DNA of 64,000 nucleotides from Candidatus Kaiserbacteria bacterium (GTDB taxonomy: Bacteria > Patescibacteriota > Minisyncoccia > Phycocordibacterales > UBA918): contig JACQKD010000008.1 of the NCBI GenBank assembly GCA_016204695.1, positions 33,178 through 97,177 on the forward strand, written 5' to 3'. A program made the translations under genes and the position numbers. The first letter of the stretch is position 1. Each line of letters opens with the position of its first letter. Shown piece by piece: positions 29,135-39,061 of the stretch. The notes under the pieces were generated by a model that saw nothing but the letters and a program-made list of their open reading frames with translations, did no database searches and had not been told where the DNA came from.

Positions 29135-29341
29135 ACTACCCGGTTGCGTCGCGCCACAGGATCGGATACTCTAGAGATACTACCATGCTCCACAATCACC
29201 GCGTCAAAACCTGGTCCGGGTTTATTCAGAACTTGCCTCCTGACCGATAGGGTGCGGGTTGCTTTGTGTGTCTCCTCCCGCCCTATCGGCGGGTTTTTGT
29301 TGTGTCTGATTTATTTCGCGCTCTCTTAAGCAATCATCACT

Positions 29342-30595
29342 ATGATCCAACTAACCGAATCGTCGTCCAAAAAACTGTTCATTGCGCTTGCCGTCTATCT
29401 CACCTCGCTTTTTGCGGCAAATACGTTGGGACTCAAAATCATGCCGTTTATCTTCGGTTCGCATCTCTCGGTTGCGGTGTTTTCCTTTCCCATCGTGTTT
29501 CTCACCACTGATGTCGTCGGGGAAGTGTACGGCAAACGCACGGCAAAGCTTTTTGTACTTGCCGGGTTTATCAGTACCGCGTTGTTTATCGCGTATTCAT
29601 TTCTGTCGCTCGTTATGCCATGGTCGACTGACGGCGAATGGGCAAAACAAGGGTACAACCAAATCTTCGGCGTCTCGCTTCGCATTGCCGTCGCGTCTCT
29701 GGCCGCATTCCTTATCGCCGAGTATCAAGATGTATTTGCCTTTTTCTTCTTCCGCGAAAAGCTGGGAGTGAAAATGTTCTGGGCACGCTCGCTTTTCTCG
29801 AATCTCTGGTCGCAACTCCTCGATACCGTCATCTTCATGACCATCGCGTTCGCCGGAGTGTATGAGACGCGTACGCTCATAAGCATCATCGTCTCGTGGT
29901 GGCTCTTCAAAGTAGCGATGGGTGCGCTCTATACGCCGCTCTCGTATCTCGGCCTTTATTTCTTACGAGACAAGAATGAGCAGACAATCCCCGCACCGGA
30001 AGCCCAAGAAGCCCGCGAGACCCTTTCCCCGACAGCGGACGTACGCAAAAAGGTGAGCATGTTGTTGCTGGCAGTTACAATCGGCGTGCTTGGGACGGGC
30101 GGTTTCTTTGTGCGCTCGCAGTTGAATCACGGAAAGGAGACTGCCATAGCCAATATGGTTTACGAGCATGCGCAGGCATGGGAAACGGGCAATGAGGCAT
30201 TACTCTCTTCTCTCCTCCATGAGGATGTCGTATTCGCGTACCCGGGACGAAGGTTAAACAAACGGCAAACCCTTGAAGACCTCCGCGACTTTCGAGATGC
30301 ATACGAAAACACCAAAGTATATATTCACAGTATCGTTATTGATGGTGACAACCTTGCGGTGGAGTGGCAGTTTGCCACCACAAAGAAGGAAACCGGCACG
30401 CGTGAGGTGGTAAGTGATGCTGTCATAGGTAGGGTGGAGGGTGGAAAGTTTATAGTATGGAAGGAATATCTGGACGGAAGAGTAAAAGCTCTTCAAGCGG
30501 AAGGCACTCTCTCACTTGAAGAAGGAGAAGAACCTTTTCCTTGGCCTAAGAAGACGCAGTCAACCAGTAGTCCAATTAACCACCAACAACCATGA
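29342..30595 (+). CDS. YhhQ/VUT-family (DUF165, queuosine-precursor transporter-like) membrane domain fused to a C-terminal SnoaL/NTF2-like domain
   Basis: N-terminal ~230 aa polytopic VUT/YhhQ-like membrane domain. C-terminal ~170 aa (MVYEHAQAWETGNEALLSSLLHEDVVFAYPG...VEGGKFIVWKEYLD) looks NTF2/SnoaL-like. Confidence 0.6.
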   Translation: MIQLTESSSKKLFIALAVYLTSLFAANTLGLKIMPFIFGSHLSVAVFSFPIVFLTTDVVGEVYGKRTAKLFVLAGFISTALFIAYSFLSLVMPWSTDGEWAKQGYNQIFGVSLRIAVASLAAFLIAEYQDVFAFFFFREKLGVKMFWARSLFSNLWSQLLDTVIFMTIAFAGVYETRTLISIIVSWWLFKVAMGALYTPLSYLGLYFLRDKNEQTIPAPEAQEARETLSPTADVRKKVSMLLLAVTIGVLGTGGFFVRSQLNHGKETAIANMVYEHAQAWETGNEALLSSLLHEDVVFAYPGRRLNKRQTLEDLRDFRDAYENTKVYIHSIVIDGDNLAVEWQFATTKKETGTREVVSDAVIGRVEGGKFIVWKEYLDGRVKALQAEGTLSLEEGEEPFPWPKKTQSTSSPINHQQP

Positions 30596-31332
30596 TTACC
30601 CGACCAATCAAAACCCGCGTTTTTGAGGAGGGCGAGGATTTGTTCGCGTTCGTCACGTGGTATCTGAAAAAAGTCCCCGAACGGCTCGTTCTCGTCGTGA
30701 CATCAAAAATCGTCGCGCTTGCCGAGGAACGGACGGCTGTTGCGGCGGACGAACACGCCAAAGAGAAGCTCATCCGTGAAGAAAGCGAATTTGCCCTAAA
30801 GACCAAATACGTTTGGCTTACGATCAAAGATGGCGCCGTGATGGCCTCGGCGGGCATCGACGAATCAAATGCGAACGGCAAACTGATACTTCTGCCGAAA
30901 GACAGCTTCAAGATTGCTCGAATACTGCGGAAAAAACTCCGACAACACTACAAGGTCAAAGAACTCGGCGTGCTCATCACCGACAGCCGCACCATCCCGC
31001 TTCGAGCGGGCGTTGGCGGTGTCGCGCTCGGATACGCGGGCTTTCGGGGTATTCGGGACTATCGCGGCACGCCGGATATTTTCGGCAGAATCCTTACTTT
31101 TTCCCGTACCGATGTTGCCGATAGTCTCGCGACGGCCGCAGTATTGGTCATGGGAGAGGGGAACGAACAGAGGCCGCTCGCGCTCATCACAAAGGCGCCG
31201 GTCGAGTTTCGTGATACTATTTCCCGCACGGAACTCCGTATAGACATCAAGGACGATATGTACCGGCCTCTTTTCTCAAAACTGCGACAATCTCAAAACA
31301 AACAACGCACACGACTTAGCAGACCTAAATGA
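30592..31332 (+). CDS. F420-0:gamma-glutamyl ligase (CofE)-like protein
   Basis: VLVVTSKIVALAEERTAVAADEHAKEK ... ELGVLITDSRTIPLRAGVGGVALGYAG match the CofE/FbiB ligase domain. Its role in an organism not known to make F420 is unclear. Confidence 0.55.
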   Translation: MITRPIKTRVFEEGEDLFAFVTWYLKKVPERLVLVVTSKIVALAEERTAVAADEHAKEKLIREESEFALKTKYVWLTIKDGAVMASAGIDESNANGKLILLPKDSFKIARILRKKLRQHYKVKELGVLITDSRTIPLRAGVGGVALGYAGFRGIRDYRGTPDIFGRILTFSRTDVADSLATAAVLVMGEGNEQRPLALITKAPVEFRDTISRTELRIDIKDDMYRPLFSKLRQSQNKQRTRLSRPK

Positions 31333-31339
31333 ACTCACT

Positions 31340-32617
31340 ATGATACGCGATACTGACTACAACTTCATACAAACGCAGGACGAGGAGGTGTACAAGGCGG
31401 TGATGGGGGAGGAGGAGCGACAGGCAAAAGGACTTGAGCTGATTCCGAGCGAGAACTATGTGTCGCGCGCGGTGCGGGAAGCCGTCGGCTCGGTGTTTAC
31501 GAACAAATATTCCGAGGGCTACCCGTTTAAGCGGTACTACGGCGGGCAGATGTATACGGATGTCGTTGAGACCATCGCTATTGAGCGTGCGAAAAAGCTT
31601 TTCAACGCGAAGTTTGTAAACGTTCAGCCGCTTTCCGGCGCTCCCGCGAATCTCGCCATCTATCATGCGCTCATGGCGCCGGGAGACACCATCCTCGGCA
31701 TGGACCTCTCCCATGGCGGACACCTCACGCACGGCAATCCGATGACGGTGCCGGCAAAAATCTTCAACTTCGTCCGGTACAAGATGAAAGACCCGGAAAC
31801 CGGCGAGATAGACTACGACGCGCTCCGTGAGACGGCGCTCCGCGAAAAGCCGAAAGTGATACTCGCGGGCTTCTCCGCATATTCGCGTGAGCTCGACTAC
31901 AAAAAATTCGTCGAGATTGCCCGCGAAGTCGGTGCAGTCACCGTCGCGGACATGGCGCACATTGCCGGGCTCATTGCCGGCGGCGTCGCCCGCAATCCCT
32001 TCGACGACGGCTTTGATGTCATTACGACGACGACGCACAAGACGCTCCGCGGTCCGCGCGGCGGCATGGTGCTCATCCGTGAAAATGAAGACATCGCGCA
32101 GAGGGTTGCAAAAGCCGTATTCCCCGGCCTTCAAGGAGGGCCGCACATGAACAACATCGCCGCAAAGGCCGTCGCCTTTGGCGAAGCACTGCACCCGAAT
32201 TTCAAAGTGTACGCCGGACAGATTCTCAAAAATGCAAAAGCGATGGAAGAAGTGTTTCTTCGCGAGAACGTCCGCATGATCGGCGGGGGAACTTCAAACC
32301 ATCTGTTGCTTGTAGACGCATTTACCTCCTTCGGCACGACCGGGCACGTTGCCGAAACAATACTCGACGAAGTCGGTCTGACGCTGAATAAAAACATGAT
32401 TGCCGACGACACGCGCAAACCATTTGACCCCTCCGGTATCCGTCTCGGCACTCCCGCCATGACGACGCGCAATATGAAAGAAAAAGAAGCGACCGAAGTC
32501 GCCGAGCTTCTTGTTGACACCTTGCGAAACAAAGACGACGCGGCAAAAAAAGCCGAAATCCACACTCGCGTCGAAGCTCTCTGCCTCGCCCACCCCATCC
32601 CCGAGTCGTTTATCTAA
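31340..32617 (+). CDS. glyA: serine hydroxymethyltransferase
   Basis: 425 aa. PLP-lysine context (TTTTHKTLRGPRGG) and overall SHMT sequence. Confidence 0.9.
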   Translation: MIRDTDYNFIQTQDEEVYKAVMGEEERQAKGLELIPSENYVSRAVREAVGSVFTNKYSEGYPFKRYYGGQMYTDVVETIAIERAKKLFNAKFVNVQPLSGAPANLAIYHALMAPGDTILGMDLSHGGHLTHGNPMTVPAKIFNFVRYKMKDPETGEIDYDALRETALREKPKVILAGFSAYSRELDYKKFVEIAREVGAVTVADMAHIAGLIAGGVARNPFDDGFDVITTTTHKTLRGPRGGMVLIRENEDIAQRVAKAVFPGLQGGPHMNNIAAKAVAFGEALHPNFKVYAGQILKNAKAMEEVFLRENVRMIGGGTSNHLLLVDAFTSFGTTGHVAETILDEVGLTLNKNMIADDTRKPFDPSGIRLGTPAMTTRNMKEKEATEVAELLVDTLRNKDDAAKKAEIHTRVEALCLAHPIPESFI

Positions 32618-32841
32618 GCCGCAGGTGTAAACAGCGCAGTAATAGGCAGGAGCGCGGGAGTATCCTTGCTGGTTCTTTTGCTAAAATTGAGTATGGTAAA
32701 TCCTCGCACGGCGCGTGTCTTCGGGTTGATTCGCAATACGACATCGCTATTCGTCTCCTGTACGATGTCTTTCGCGGACGGCTTTCCTTGCGAGAGGTAT
32801 GCGACGTCCGCTTCTTTGTCGTAGTAATAATAGAGTTTCAT
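32614..32841 (-). CDS. DUF2283 domain protein (putative antitoxin-like partner)
   Basis: MKLYYYYDKEADVAYLSQGKP... is the characteristic DUF2283 N-terminus. Overlaps the upstream DUF4258 gene by 4 nt. Confidence 0.6.
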   Translation of the reverse strand: MKLYYYYDKEADVAYLSQGKPSAKDIVQETNSDVVLRINPKTRAVRGFTILNFSKRTSKDTPALLPITALFTPAA

Positions 32842-33152
32842 GATTGTTGTATGTTGCGCGTAAGGTACGCGGTGAGAATAAAATTGCGATGATTTGTCTT
32901 TACCACGACCGCGAGGTACTTTCCTTGCGAAATCATGCGGTAGAGGATGAAGACCTTTGGGTCAAAGCGGGAGCGGCGGATGACTTCCGGCTCGGCAAGC
33001 GTCGCGTTCACATGCTTACGCTGACCACGCACCTCCGGATGGAACAACACGATGTGCTTTTCCCGTTCGGCAGTCAGCTCAATCGTACCGAAAGGGGAAA
33101 CAAACCGCTCCTTAATCCAATAGTATGGACAGTGAGTGTTGTTGTCAAACAC
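32838..33152 (-). CDS. DUF4258 domain protein (putative toxin-like partner)
   Basis: 104 aa. DUF4258/DUF2283 pairs are a recurrent two-gene toxin-antitoxin-like module; the assignment rests on the partner gene and size. Confidence 0.45.
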   Translation of the reverse strand: MFDNNTHCPYYWIKERFVSPFGTIELTAEREKHIVLFHPEVRGQRKHVNATLAEPEVIRRSRFDPKVFILYRMISQGKYLAVVVKTNHRNFILTAYLTRNIQQS

Positions 33153-33451
33153 TAGATGAGAAAGACTGCCAACCTAGGCTGTAGTAGAGCCGTATTTCCG
33201 TCGCTTCAAACCGGCGAGCTTGACAGACTGCTTTATCCATGCTACTCTCGCGACAGTTTTTGAGGGGTTCTTCAAAACCCAATCATTTTTCTTGCACTTC
33301 CTATTTCAGCGAGGCATTGAGTCCCGAATCATTTCGAGATTGAATGCCTTGCTGAAGAACAGGCAAGGAAACTATCCGGCGCAAACATGCGTACGGAGCG
33401 GCAGAGGACATCTTATGCCTCGCGCGAGGCGTGAGGGGTAAGGAGAAGCAG

Positions 33452-33931
33452 ATGGCTACGACAAAATCTTACACTTCGGTTGAAGATTTTTCCCACGCTG
33501 CTCCCGGGCAGCACGTTCATTGCCAGAACACCAAAACTGGGTCTTCTTTTACCGAAGATTCACACTCGATCCGCGAGCAAAGGAACATTTTTCTCATTCC
33601 TTCCGGGATGGCGTTGCCGTCACGGGTATGGCTGTACCTTTGTGATTGCGCGGAGGGTGATTCTCCACGCAGCCGAATCCTGTGGGAGGATGATGTGCCG
33701 CACAGCGGGCTGCATCCCGAACCACGAAGGGGATGCAGGCGCTGCGAGGAGATTTTTTTTGACGGGGATGGGCATCCGAAGTCAGAGGTGCTCGTGGCAT
33801 TCGCCGGCGGTGGCGATGCCAACGGGGACCCTCTTCCTGCGGAGATGAGTGCGGCCGTGAGGACGCACATCCGGCGGTGCGGAAAGTGCACCACGGAGTT
33901 TGCTGCCTTACAGGAAACTCCGGTAGACTAG
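33452..33931 (+). CDS. hypothetical Cys/His-rich protein (possible zinc ribbon HIRRCGKC at the C-terminus)
   Basis: aaggag SD 6 nt before the ATG at 33452. Has HVHCQ, CDC, GCRRC and H-x3-C-x2-C motifs. No family recognised. Confidence 0.35.
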   Translation: MATTKSYTSVEDFSHAAPGQHVHCQNTKTGSSFTEDSHSIREQRNIFLIPSGMALPSRVWLYLCDCAEGDSPRSRILWEDDVPHSGLHPEPRRGCRRCEEIFFDGDGHPKSEVLVAFAGGGDANGDPLPAEMSAAVRTHIRRCGKCTTEFAALQETPVD

Positions 33932-34261
33932 ATTTTCCAAGCAATCCTCGCGGCTAAAAGACGAGGCGATCTCGAGGTAACCTTGATCCTTGAGACTTGT
34001 ACGCAAAGGCATAGTTGTGGGTCACCTTTAAACCCTCTCTGTTTCGCGGATGTGTATCCGCGCTGATGACGCCGAAAGGCAGAAAGCAGAAAAGTTTTTC
34101 AAAACTGAATCACTTCCTATTTCAGCGAGGCATTGAGGGTATCAACTAGTTGGTATTTTCAATGTCTCGCTGAAGAGCGGACAAAGTCGAAACCGCCCCA
34201 ATCCTGGGGCATGGCGAGGATCCTCCCGGCGCATAGCGCGGGAGCAGCAAAGGAGAGAGAA

Positions 34262-34558
34262 GTGAAAACCAATCAATACTTGGAAGAAGTCATTTTTGGT
34301 CGGCCCAATCCCTCTTACGCCGGGAAGGTTCCGGCAATTCGTGAGGCGGTGGCAGAAGCCAGCCACCCCGGGGAACTCGCCGATATGCTGTCGGTGATTC
34401 TCGTCACCAACTCCTCGCCTGGGGCGAGTGAGCTGGCAATGGCGATCTCTAGCTCCATCGGCCAGTCCAACGGAATTGGAGTCCCTGAGGATTGGCCGCC
34501 GGAGTGGGACTCCCGGCGGGTGGAGTACCGCCGCCGCTACTTTCAGCGGCAAAAGTAG
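34262..34558 (+). CDS. hypothetical small protein
   Basis: GTG at 34262 is preceded by aaaggagag. An alternative ATG lies at 34211. No family recognised. Confidence 0.3.
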   Translation: MKTNQYLEEVIFGRPNPSYAGKVPAIREAVAEASHPGELADMLSVILVTNSSPGASELAMAISSSIGQSNGIGVPEDWPPEWDSRRVEYRRRYFQRQK

Positions 34559-34706
34559 TTTGGTAATTGCCCCAAGTCCTGCTTTGTTCCGAGCGTGTAC
34601 GCTCTCTCGTACACCGCGCAGGTCTGTATGATTGCGCGTTTTTTTATTTCATCTTTCACAAATCGATATCGGAAACCTCTTTCAGTAAGATACAATACTC
34701 ATACCT

Positions 34707-35834
34707 ATGGACTTCATTGAGCGGCTTTCCGCACGGTATCCGAGTTTGAGGCGTCTGCCCCTGCATCACGTGCAGAAGCATTGGCTCACCATCTCGTTCT
34801 TCTTCGGCGTCATCGTTGATAATCTCACTTTGAGCCGCGTCGATAAGGTGCTCGACAATGTCGCGCTCGCGTCGTACGTCATTCTCGCGATGGCGAGCCT
34901 GCTTATCATGTATGCGGCGACGGCGGGCAAATTGCCGCAAAAGATTCTGGAGAACTATCAACAGTTCGTGCGCGAATGGTCGGAGGTCGCTCTGCAGTTC
35001 GTCTTCGGCAATCTCTTAAGCGGCCTCCTGGTCTTCTATAGCCGGAGCGGTTCGTGGTGGGCGAGCTGGCCGTTTCTCCTTGTCATTCTCGGGGTCATGG
35101 TCGGCAACGAGCGGCTGACGCGCCGGGGGGAGCGTCTGCTCCTCAATCTCGCCATGCTTTTCGTCGGGCTTTTTTCATACGTGGCGCTCATCGTGCCGGT
35201 CGTCATGGGCAAGATGGGGGCATGGATATTTGTGCTCTCCGGAGTGATTGCACTTGTCGTGATGTACGGCTTCGTGCGTCTCTTGGCGCTCGTGGTGCCC
35301 AATTTCATGCGGGCGAATATGCGCATGGTCGCCTTTACGCTCATGCTGGCGTACGTCGTGCTCAATTTTCTCTATTTCACCAACATCATCCCGCCGATTC
35401 CGCTTTCACTCAAAGAGCTCGGCGCGTATCACAATGTCGAGAAGCTTGAGAACGGCAGTTACGCGCTCACCTACGAAAAAGGGAAATGGTACGAGCTGTG
35501 GAAAAATTCCGACACGACGTTTCATTATCAAACCGGCGACATGCTCTACTGCTTTGCATCGGTCTTTGCGCCGACGCGGCTTTCGGTCGAGATATTTCAC
35601 CGCTGGGAATACTATGTGCCGGAAGACCACGAGTGGCGCACGCACAGCCGGCTCTCCTATGGCATCGAGGGCGGCCGCGGCGAGGGCTACCGCGGATACA
35701 GCTGGGTGCGGCATCCGACCCCGGGCACATGGCGCTGTACGGTCGAGACCGACCGCAAGCAGGTGCTCGGCAGTGAGACGTTTGAGGTGGTGGAAGGACA
35801 GGTGCCAATAGGGCTCGTGACAGAGCTACGCTAG
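34707..35834 (+). CDS. hypothetical polytopic membrane protein with a C-terminal soluble beta-rich domain
   Basis: 375 aa, about 7 TM helices, then about 140 aa of hydrophilic Trp/Tyr-rich domain. The stop codon abuts repeat B3. Confidence 0.45.
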   Translation: MDFIERLSARYPSLRRLPLHHVQKHWLTISFFFGVIVDNLTLSRVDKVLDNVALASYVILAMASLLIMYAATAGKLPQKILENYQQFVREWSEVALQFVFGNLLSGLLVFYSRSGSWWASWPFLLVILGVMVGNERLTRRGERLLLNLAMLFVGLFSYVALIVPVVMGKMGAWIFVLSGVIALVVMYGFVRLLALVVPNFMRANMRMVAFTLMLAYVVLNFLYFTNIIPPIPLSLKELGAYHNVEKLENGSYALTYEKGKWYELWKNSDTTFHYQTGDMLYCFASVFAPTRLSVEIFHRWEYYVPEDHEWRTHSRLSYGIEGGRGEGYRGYSWVRHPTPGTWRCTVETDRKQVLGSETFEVVEGQVPIGLVTELR

Positions 35835-35968
35835 AAACCGCCTAAAAAGTCCATCTGCGTTGTTGCGGAGCCTCTGCGTCTCGGTCGCCGTATTATTCAT
35901 ACGTCTTCCTCACCGCTTTCTCCGCGCCCAGCATCTGGAGCTTTTAAGACGGTTTCTGATTTTGCTTT
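35834..35968 (+). repeat. family B repeat, copy 3
   Basis: gaaaccgcctaaaaagtccatctgcgttgttgcggagcctctgcgtctcggtcgccgtattattcatacgtcttcctcaccgctttctccgcgcccagcatctggagcttttaagacggtttctg. Confidence 0.75.
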
Positions 35969-36001
35969 TGGATATATTTTGCGTATGCTTTGGAAGTCGG
36001 T

Positions 36002-37717
36002 ATGCAAGAGCGGATTCGCAAGGCAATAACAGAGGCGCTGGAGACACTCGGGATGTCGGGTGTGGATTTTTCCGTGGAGCATCCGGGGGAGCTTGAGCAT
36101 GGGGATTATGCGAGCAATGTGGCGATGGTGGTAGCGAAGCAAGCAGGAGAGAATCCGCGAGAATGCGCTCTGCGCATTCTCGCGGAACTTGAGAAACACA
36201 AGCCCGCCGAAGTCGAAAAAGTGGAGATTGCCGGTCCGGGATTCATCAACTTTCATCTCTCGCGAACGTTTTTTTCCGACCAAGTCAAAGAGGTTTTGGA
36301 TAAGAGGGATGACTGGGGAAAGAACAACACGCTTGCCGGAAAACGAGTGATGGTGGAATACACCGACCCGAATCCGTTCAAGGTATTTCATATCGGACAT
36401 CTGATGACCAATATCATCGGCGAGTCAATCGCATGTCTGTCTGAATTTGGCGGCGCGGAAGTGAAGCGCGCCAACTACTATGGCGATGTCGGTATTCATA
36501 TCGCCAAGGCGATATGGGGTATGTTGGAGACGAAAAGTCAGATGCCGAAAGACGACGCGCCGCTTGCAGTGAAAACCAAATATCTCGGCGATGCCTACGC
36601 ACTCGGCTCAAAGCGCTTCGACGAAGACAAAGCAGTCGGGGAAGAGATCAAGACACTCAACAAGAAAATATACGAACGCTCCGACGAGGCGATAAACGCG
36701 CTCTATGATGCGGGAAAGCAATGGAGTCTTGATCATTTTGAAACGATTTACCAAACGCTTGGCACGCGCTTTGATTTTTATTTTCCCGAGAGTGAAGTCG
36801 GCGGGTTGGGACAAGAAGTGGTGAGAAAGAATCTGGGCCCGATCTTTGAAGAAAGCGACGGTGCAGTCGTCTTTCATGCGGAAAAACATGATGATAAGTT
36901 GCATACCCGCGTGTTTCTTAACTCACAAGGACTTCCGACATACGAAGCCAAAGAACTTGCGTTGGCGAAGATTAAGTACGACCATTATCCATACGATCTT
37001 TCCGTTATCGTTACCGCAAATGAGATAGAGGTGTATTTCAAGGTGCTGATCGCTGCCATGAATCTCGTCTTTCCCGAGCTCGCGCCGAAGACGCTCCATA
37101 AGCCACATGGCATGCTCCGGCTCCCGACCGGCAAAATGTCTTCGCGCACCGGAAATATCATCACCGGCGAATCGCTTCTGAATGACTCGATCGCGCTCGC
37201 CGAGTCGAAGATGCAGGAAGCGGGGAGGAATCTTGGGGACGAGAGAGAAAAGGTTGCAGTCACTGTCGGCGTGGGAGCGCTGAAGTATGCGATCCTCAAA
37301 CAGGCGATCGGCAAAAATATTATCTATGATGCCGAGAAATCGTTTTCATTCGAAGGCGATTCGGGACCCTATTTGCAATACACGCATGCACGCATCGCTT
37401 CGATACTTCGAAAAGCCGAGGCGGAAGGGGTCGTTCCGTCGGCTACCATCGCGCCCGGCGGTATCTCTACAGTTGAGCATGTGTTGAATCGATTTTCGTT
37501 TGCCATCAAACGGGCACAGACAGAATACGAGCCGCACTACGTCGTGACCTATCTCACCGAGCTTGCGGGCGCGTTCAATAGTTGGTACGCGCAGGAACAG
37601 ATCGTGAATAAGGAGGACAAATATTCTCCGTACAAAGTCGCTGTCGCGCAAGCGGTCGCACAAACCCTCAAAAACGGTCTCTGGTGCCTCGGCATCAAAG
37701 CTCCGGAGAAGATGTGA
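36002..37717 (+). CDS. argS: arginine--tRNA ligase
   Basis: HIGH motif (PFKVFHIGHL), KMSSRTG in the KMSKS position, and the N-terminal Add-1 and C-terminal DALR-like regions. Confidence 0.9.
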   Translation: MQERIRKAITEALETLGMSGVDFSVEHPGELEHGDYASNVAMVVAKQAGENPRECALRILAELEKHKPAEVEKVEIAGPGFINFHLSRTFFSDQVKEVLDKRDDWGKNNTLAGKRVMVEYTDPNPFKVFHIGHLMTNIIGESIACLSEFGGAEVKRANYYGDVGIHIAKAIWGMLETKSQMPKDDAPLAVKTKYLGDAYALGSKRFDEDKAVGEEIKTLNKKIYERSDEAINALYDAGKQWSLDHFETIYQTLGTRFDFYFPESEVGGLGQEVVRKNLGPIFEESDGAVVFHAEKHDDKLHTRVFLNSQGLPTYEAKELALAKIKYDHYPYDLSVIVTANEIEVYFKVLIAAMNLVFPELAPKTLHKPHGMLRLPTGKMSSRTGNIITGESLLNDSIALAESKMQEAGRNLGDEREKVAVTVGVGALKYAILKQAIGKNIIYDAEKSFSFEGDSGPYLQYTHARIASILRKAEAEGVVPSATIAPGGISTVEHVLNRFSFAIKRAQTEYEPHYVVTYLTELAGAFNSWYAQEQIVNKEDKYSPYKVAVAQAVAQTLKNGLWCLGIKAPEKM

Positions 37718-37765
37718 CGCTTTCGCGCCGTTATGAGAACACCCTGCTTTCCAAAGCAAGGTGTG

Positions 37766-38185
37766 TTAGGGGTCGCGTTCTTTCAGTCGGTCGTAAATCT
37801 CCCGCCATGTCACCGTCTCCATGGCTTCGGGCGGGAAGCCGAGCGTTATGGCGAGCGTTCTCCGGTTCGCCTCATCCCTGCACTGCAAGAGCCCGGCTTC
37901 AATGTCGAGCGAGCCGGGACAGTCCCGGACGAGCTCCTCGCGTGCTCGCTCGTACGTTGCGCCCGACTCTTTTCTCATCTCAGGAAGCGCGCGTTCAAGC
38001 AATTCCTTTCTACGACTGCGGAGCTCGTCCGACCCTACGATTATCCGCGGTGGTGGGACGAATTTCTCCATGTATGGCATCGCTTGCGGATGGTCGCCGG
38101 GATTGCTCCACCGCTCTCTTCCCACAAGGAAAATTGTAAGAAGCATCAACACTCCCGACAACACCGAGAACACCAATCCTTTCAT
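37766..38185 (-). CDS. hypothetical exported or membrane-anchored protein
   Basis: 139 aa with an N-terminal hydrophobic segment. No recognisable family. Confidence 0.3.
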   Translation of the reverse strand: MKGLVFSVLSGVLMLLTIFLVGRERWSNPGDHPQAMPYMEKFVPPPRIIVGSDELRSRRKELLERALPEMRKESGATYERAREELVRDCPGSLDIEAGLLQCRDEANRRTLAITLGFPPEAMETVTWREIYDRLKERDP

Positions 38186-38298
38186 GCCTCGTCTCCTTCT
38201 CTAAAGGCCAAGGAACTTGAGACAAGTGTTACCAAAGCACCACATCGTATCCTTGTCAATTGTGCGTGGACGGTCCTGTGACGTTTCTAAACATTCAA

Positions 38299-39009
38299 TC
38301 AGAATCCTGCAACCTGCAGGAAATTGCTGAAAAGCCGGCGGCCGACTCGGGTGTATTCGTCTTTGATTTCGGCAAAATCTGCCTCAAGTTGATTTCGCTT
38401 GAGCGCAAGGAGGTCGGGGTCTTCGTTCAGCCATGTTTGAAACATCTCCGGCGTCAATTCAAAGTGACATTGTATGCCATAGGCATTGGCGCCGACTCTG
38501 ACGATCTGATTGCGACAAAATTTTCCGGTTCCGAGGAGGGTCATGCCTTCGGCAAGCTCTACCGTCTCTCCGTGGAGGTGGAATACGTTGAATCTATCGC
38601 CGAGGTTTGCAAAGAGGGGATCTTTTTTGCCTTCTTCGGTACGTTCGACGGCGAATCGGTTATCATCGGGATCGCGGAAGCCGATTTCTCTGACTGCGTT
38701 TTTCACCACTGTTCCTCCCGATGCTTTCACCAGCGTCTGGAGGCCGAGGCAAATGCCGAGGTAGGGGGTGCCGGCGGCGATAATCTCGCCGATCCGTCGC
38801 AATTCCTTTTGCATTTTTTCAGTGTCGTCGTTGGCGCTATCCGGGCCACCGAGTACGACGACCGCCCCGTACTTTTCCGCGACGGGGAATTCCTCACCAC
38901 GGTCAAGGTCAACTGTCGTATAGTTAATCTCTTTTTCTTTCAATAACTCCTCAAGAAGCCCCGGTCCCTCCCGAGTGATGTTTTTTATAATGAGTATTTC
39001 TTTTTCCAT
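38299..39009 (-). CDS. class I glutamine amidotransferase (GMP synthase-like GATase1 domain, standalone)
   Basis: GICLGLQ nucleophile elbow with catalytic Cys, and a downstream His/Glu pair (IQCHFE). Confidence 0.75.
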   Translation of the reverse strand: MEKEILIIKNITREGPGLLEELLKEKEINYTTVDLDRGEEFPVAEKYGAVVVLGGPDSANDDTEKMQKELRRIGEIIAAGTPYLGICLGLQTLVKASGGTVVKNAVREIGFRDPDDNRFAVERTEEGKKDPLFANLGDRFNVFHLHGETVELAEGMTLLGTGKFCRNQIVRVGANAYGIQCHFELTPEMFQTWLNEDPDLLALKRNQLEADFAEIKDEYTRVGRRLFSNFLQVAGF

Positions 39010-39061
39010 GGCGGGATTGTATCACGACCTGATGCAAGCGCGGTAGGAACATAGCGTTCAT

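Noticed and set aside
28043-29329. 428-aa ORF on the plus strand
   Set aside because: Entirely antisense to the thyA homologue, whose ThyA-family motifs are unmistakable. Long antisense ORFs are expected at about 60% GC. The same reasoning rejects 3250..4065(-), 4072..4731(-), 4650..5369(-), 4846..5652(-), 11845..12924(-), 15365..16240(-), 19236..20357(-), 20968..21891(-), 25039..25611(-), 31325..32194(-), 40473..41111(-), 44966..46126(-), 45663..46877(-), 46736..47848(-) and 48315..49595(-), all antisense to well-supported genes.
29240-29341. Assigning the YhhQ-family transporter leader to the preQ1-I riboswitch class
   Set aside because: The leader is GC-rich and lacks the short hairpin plus AAAAAACUA tail consensus of preQ1-I. 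I report only a generic terminator/antiterminator arrangement.
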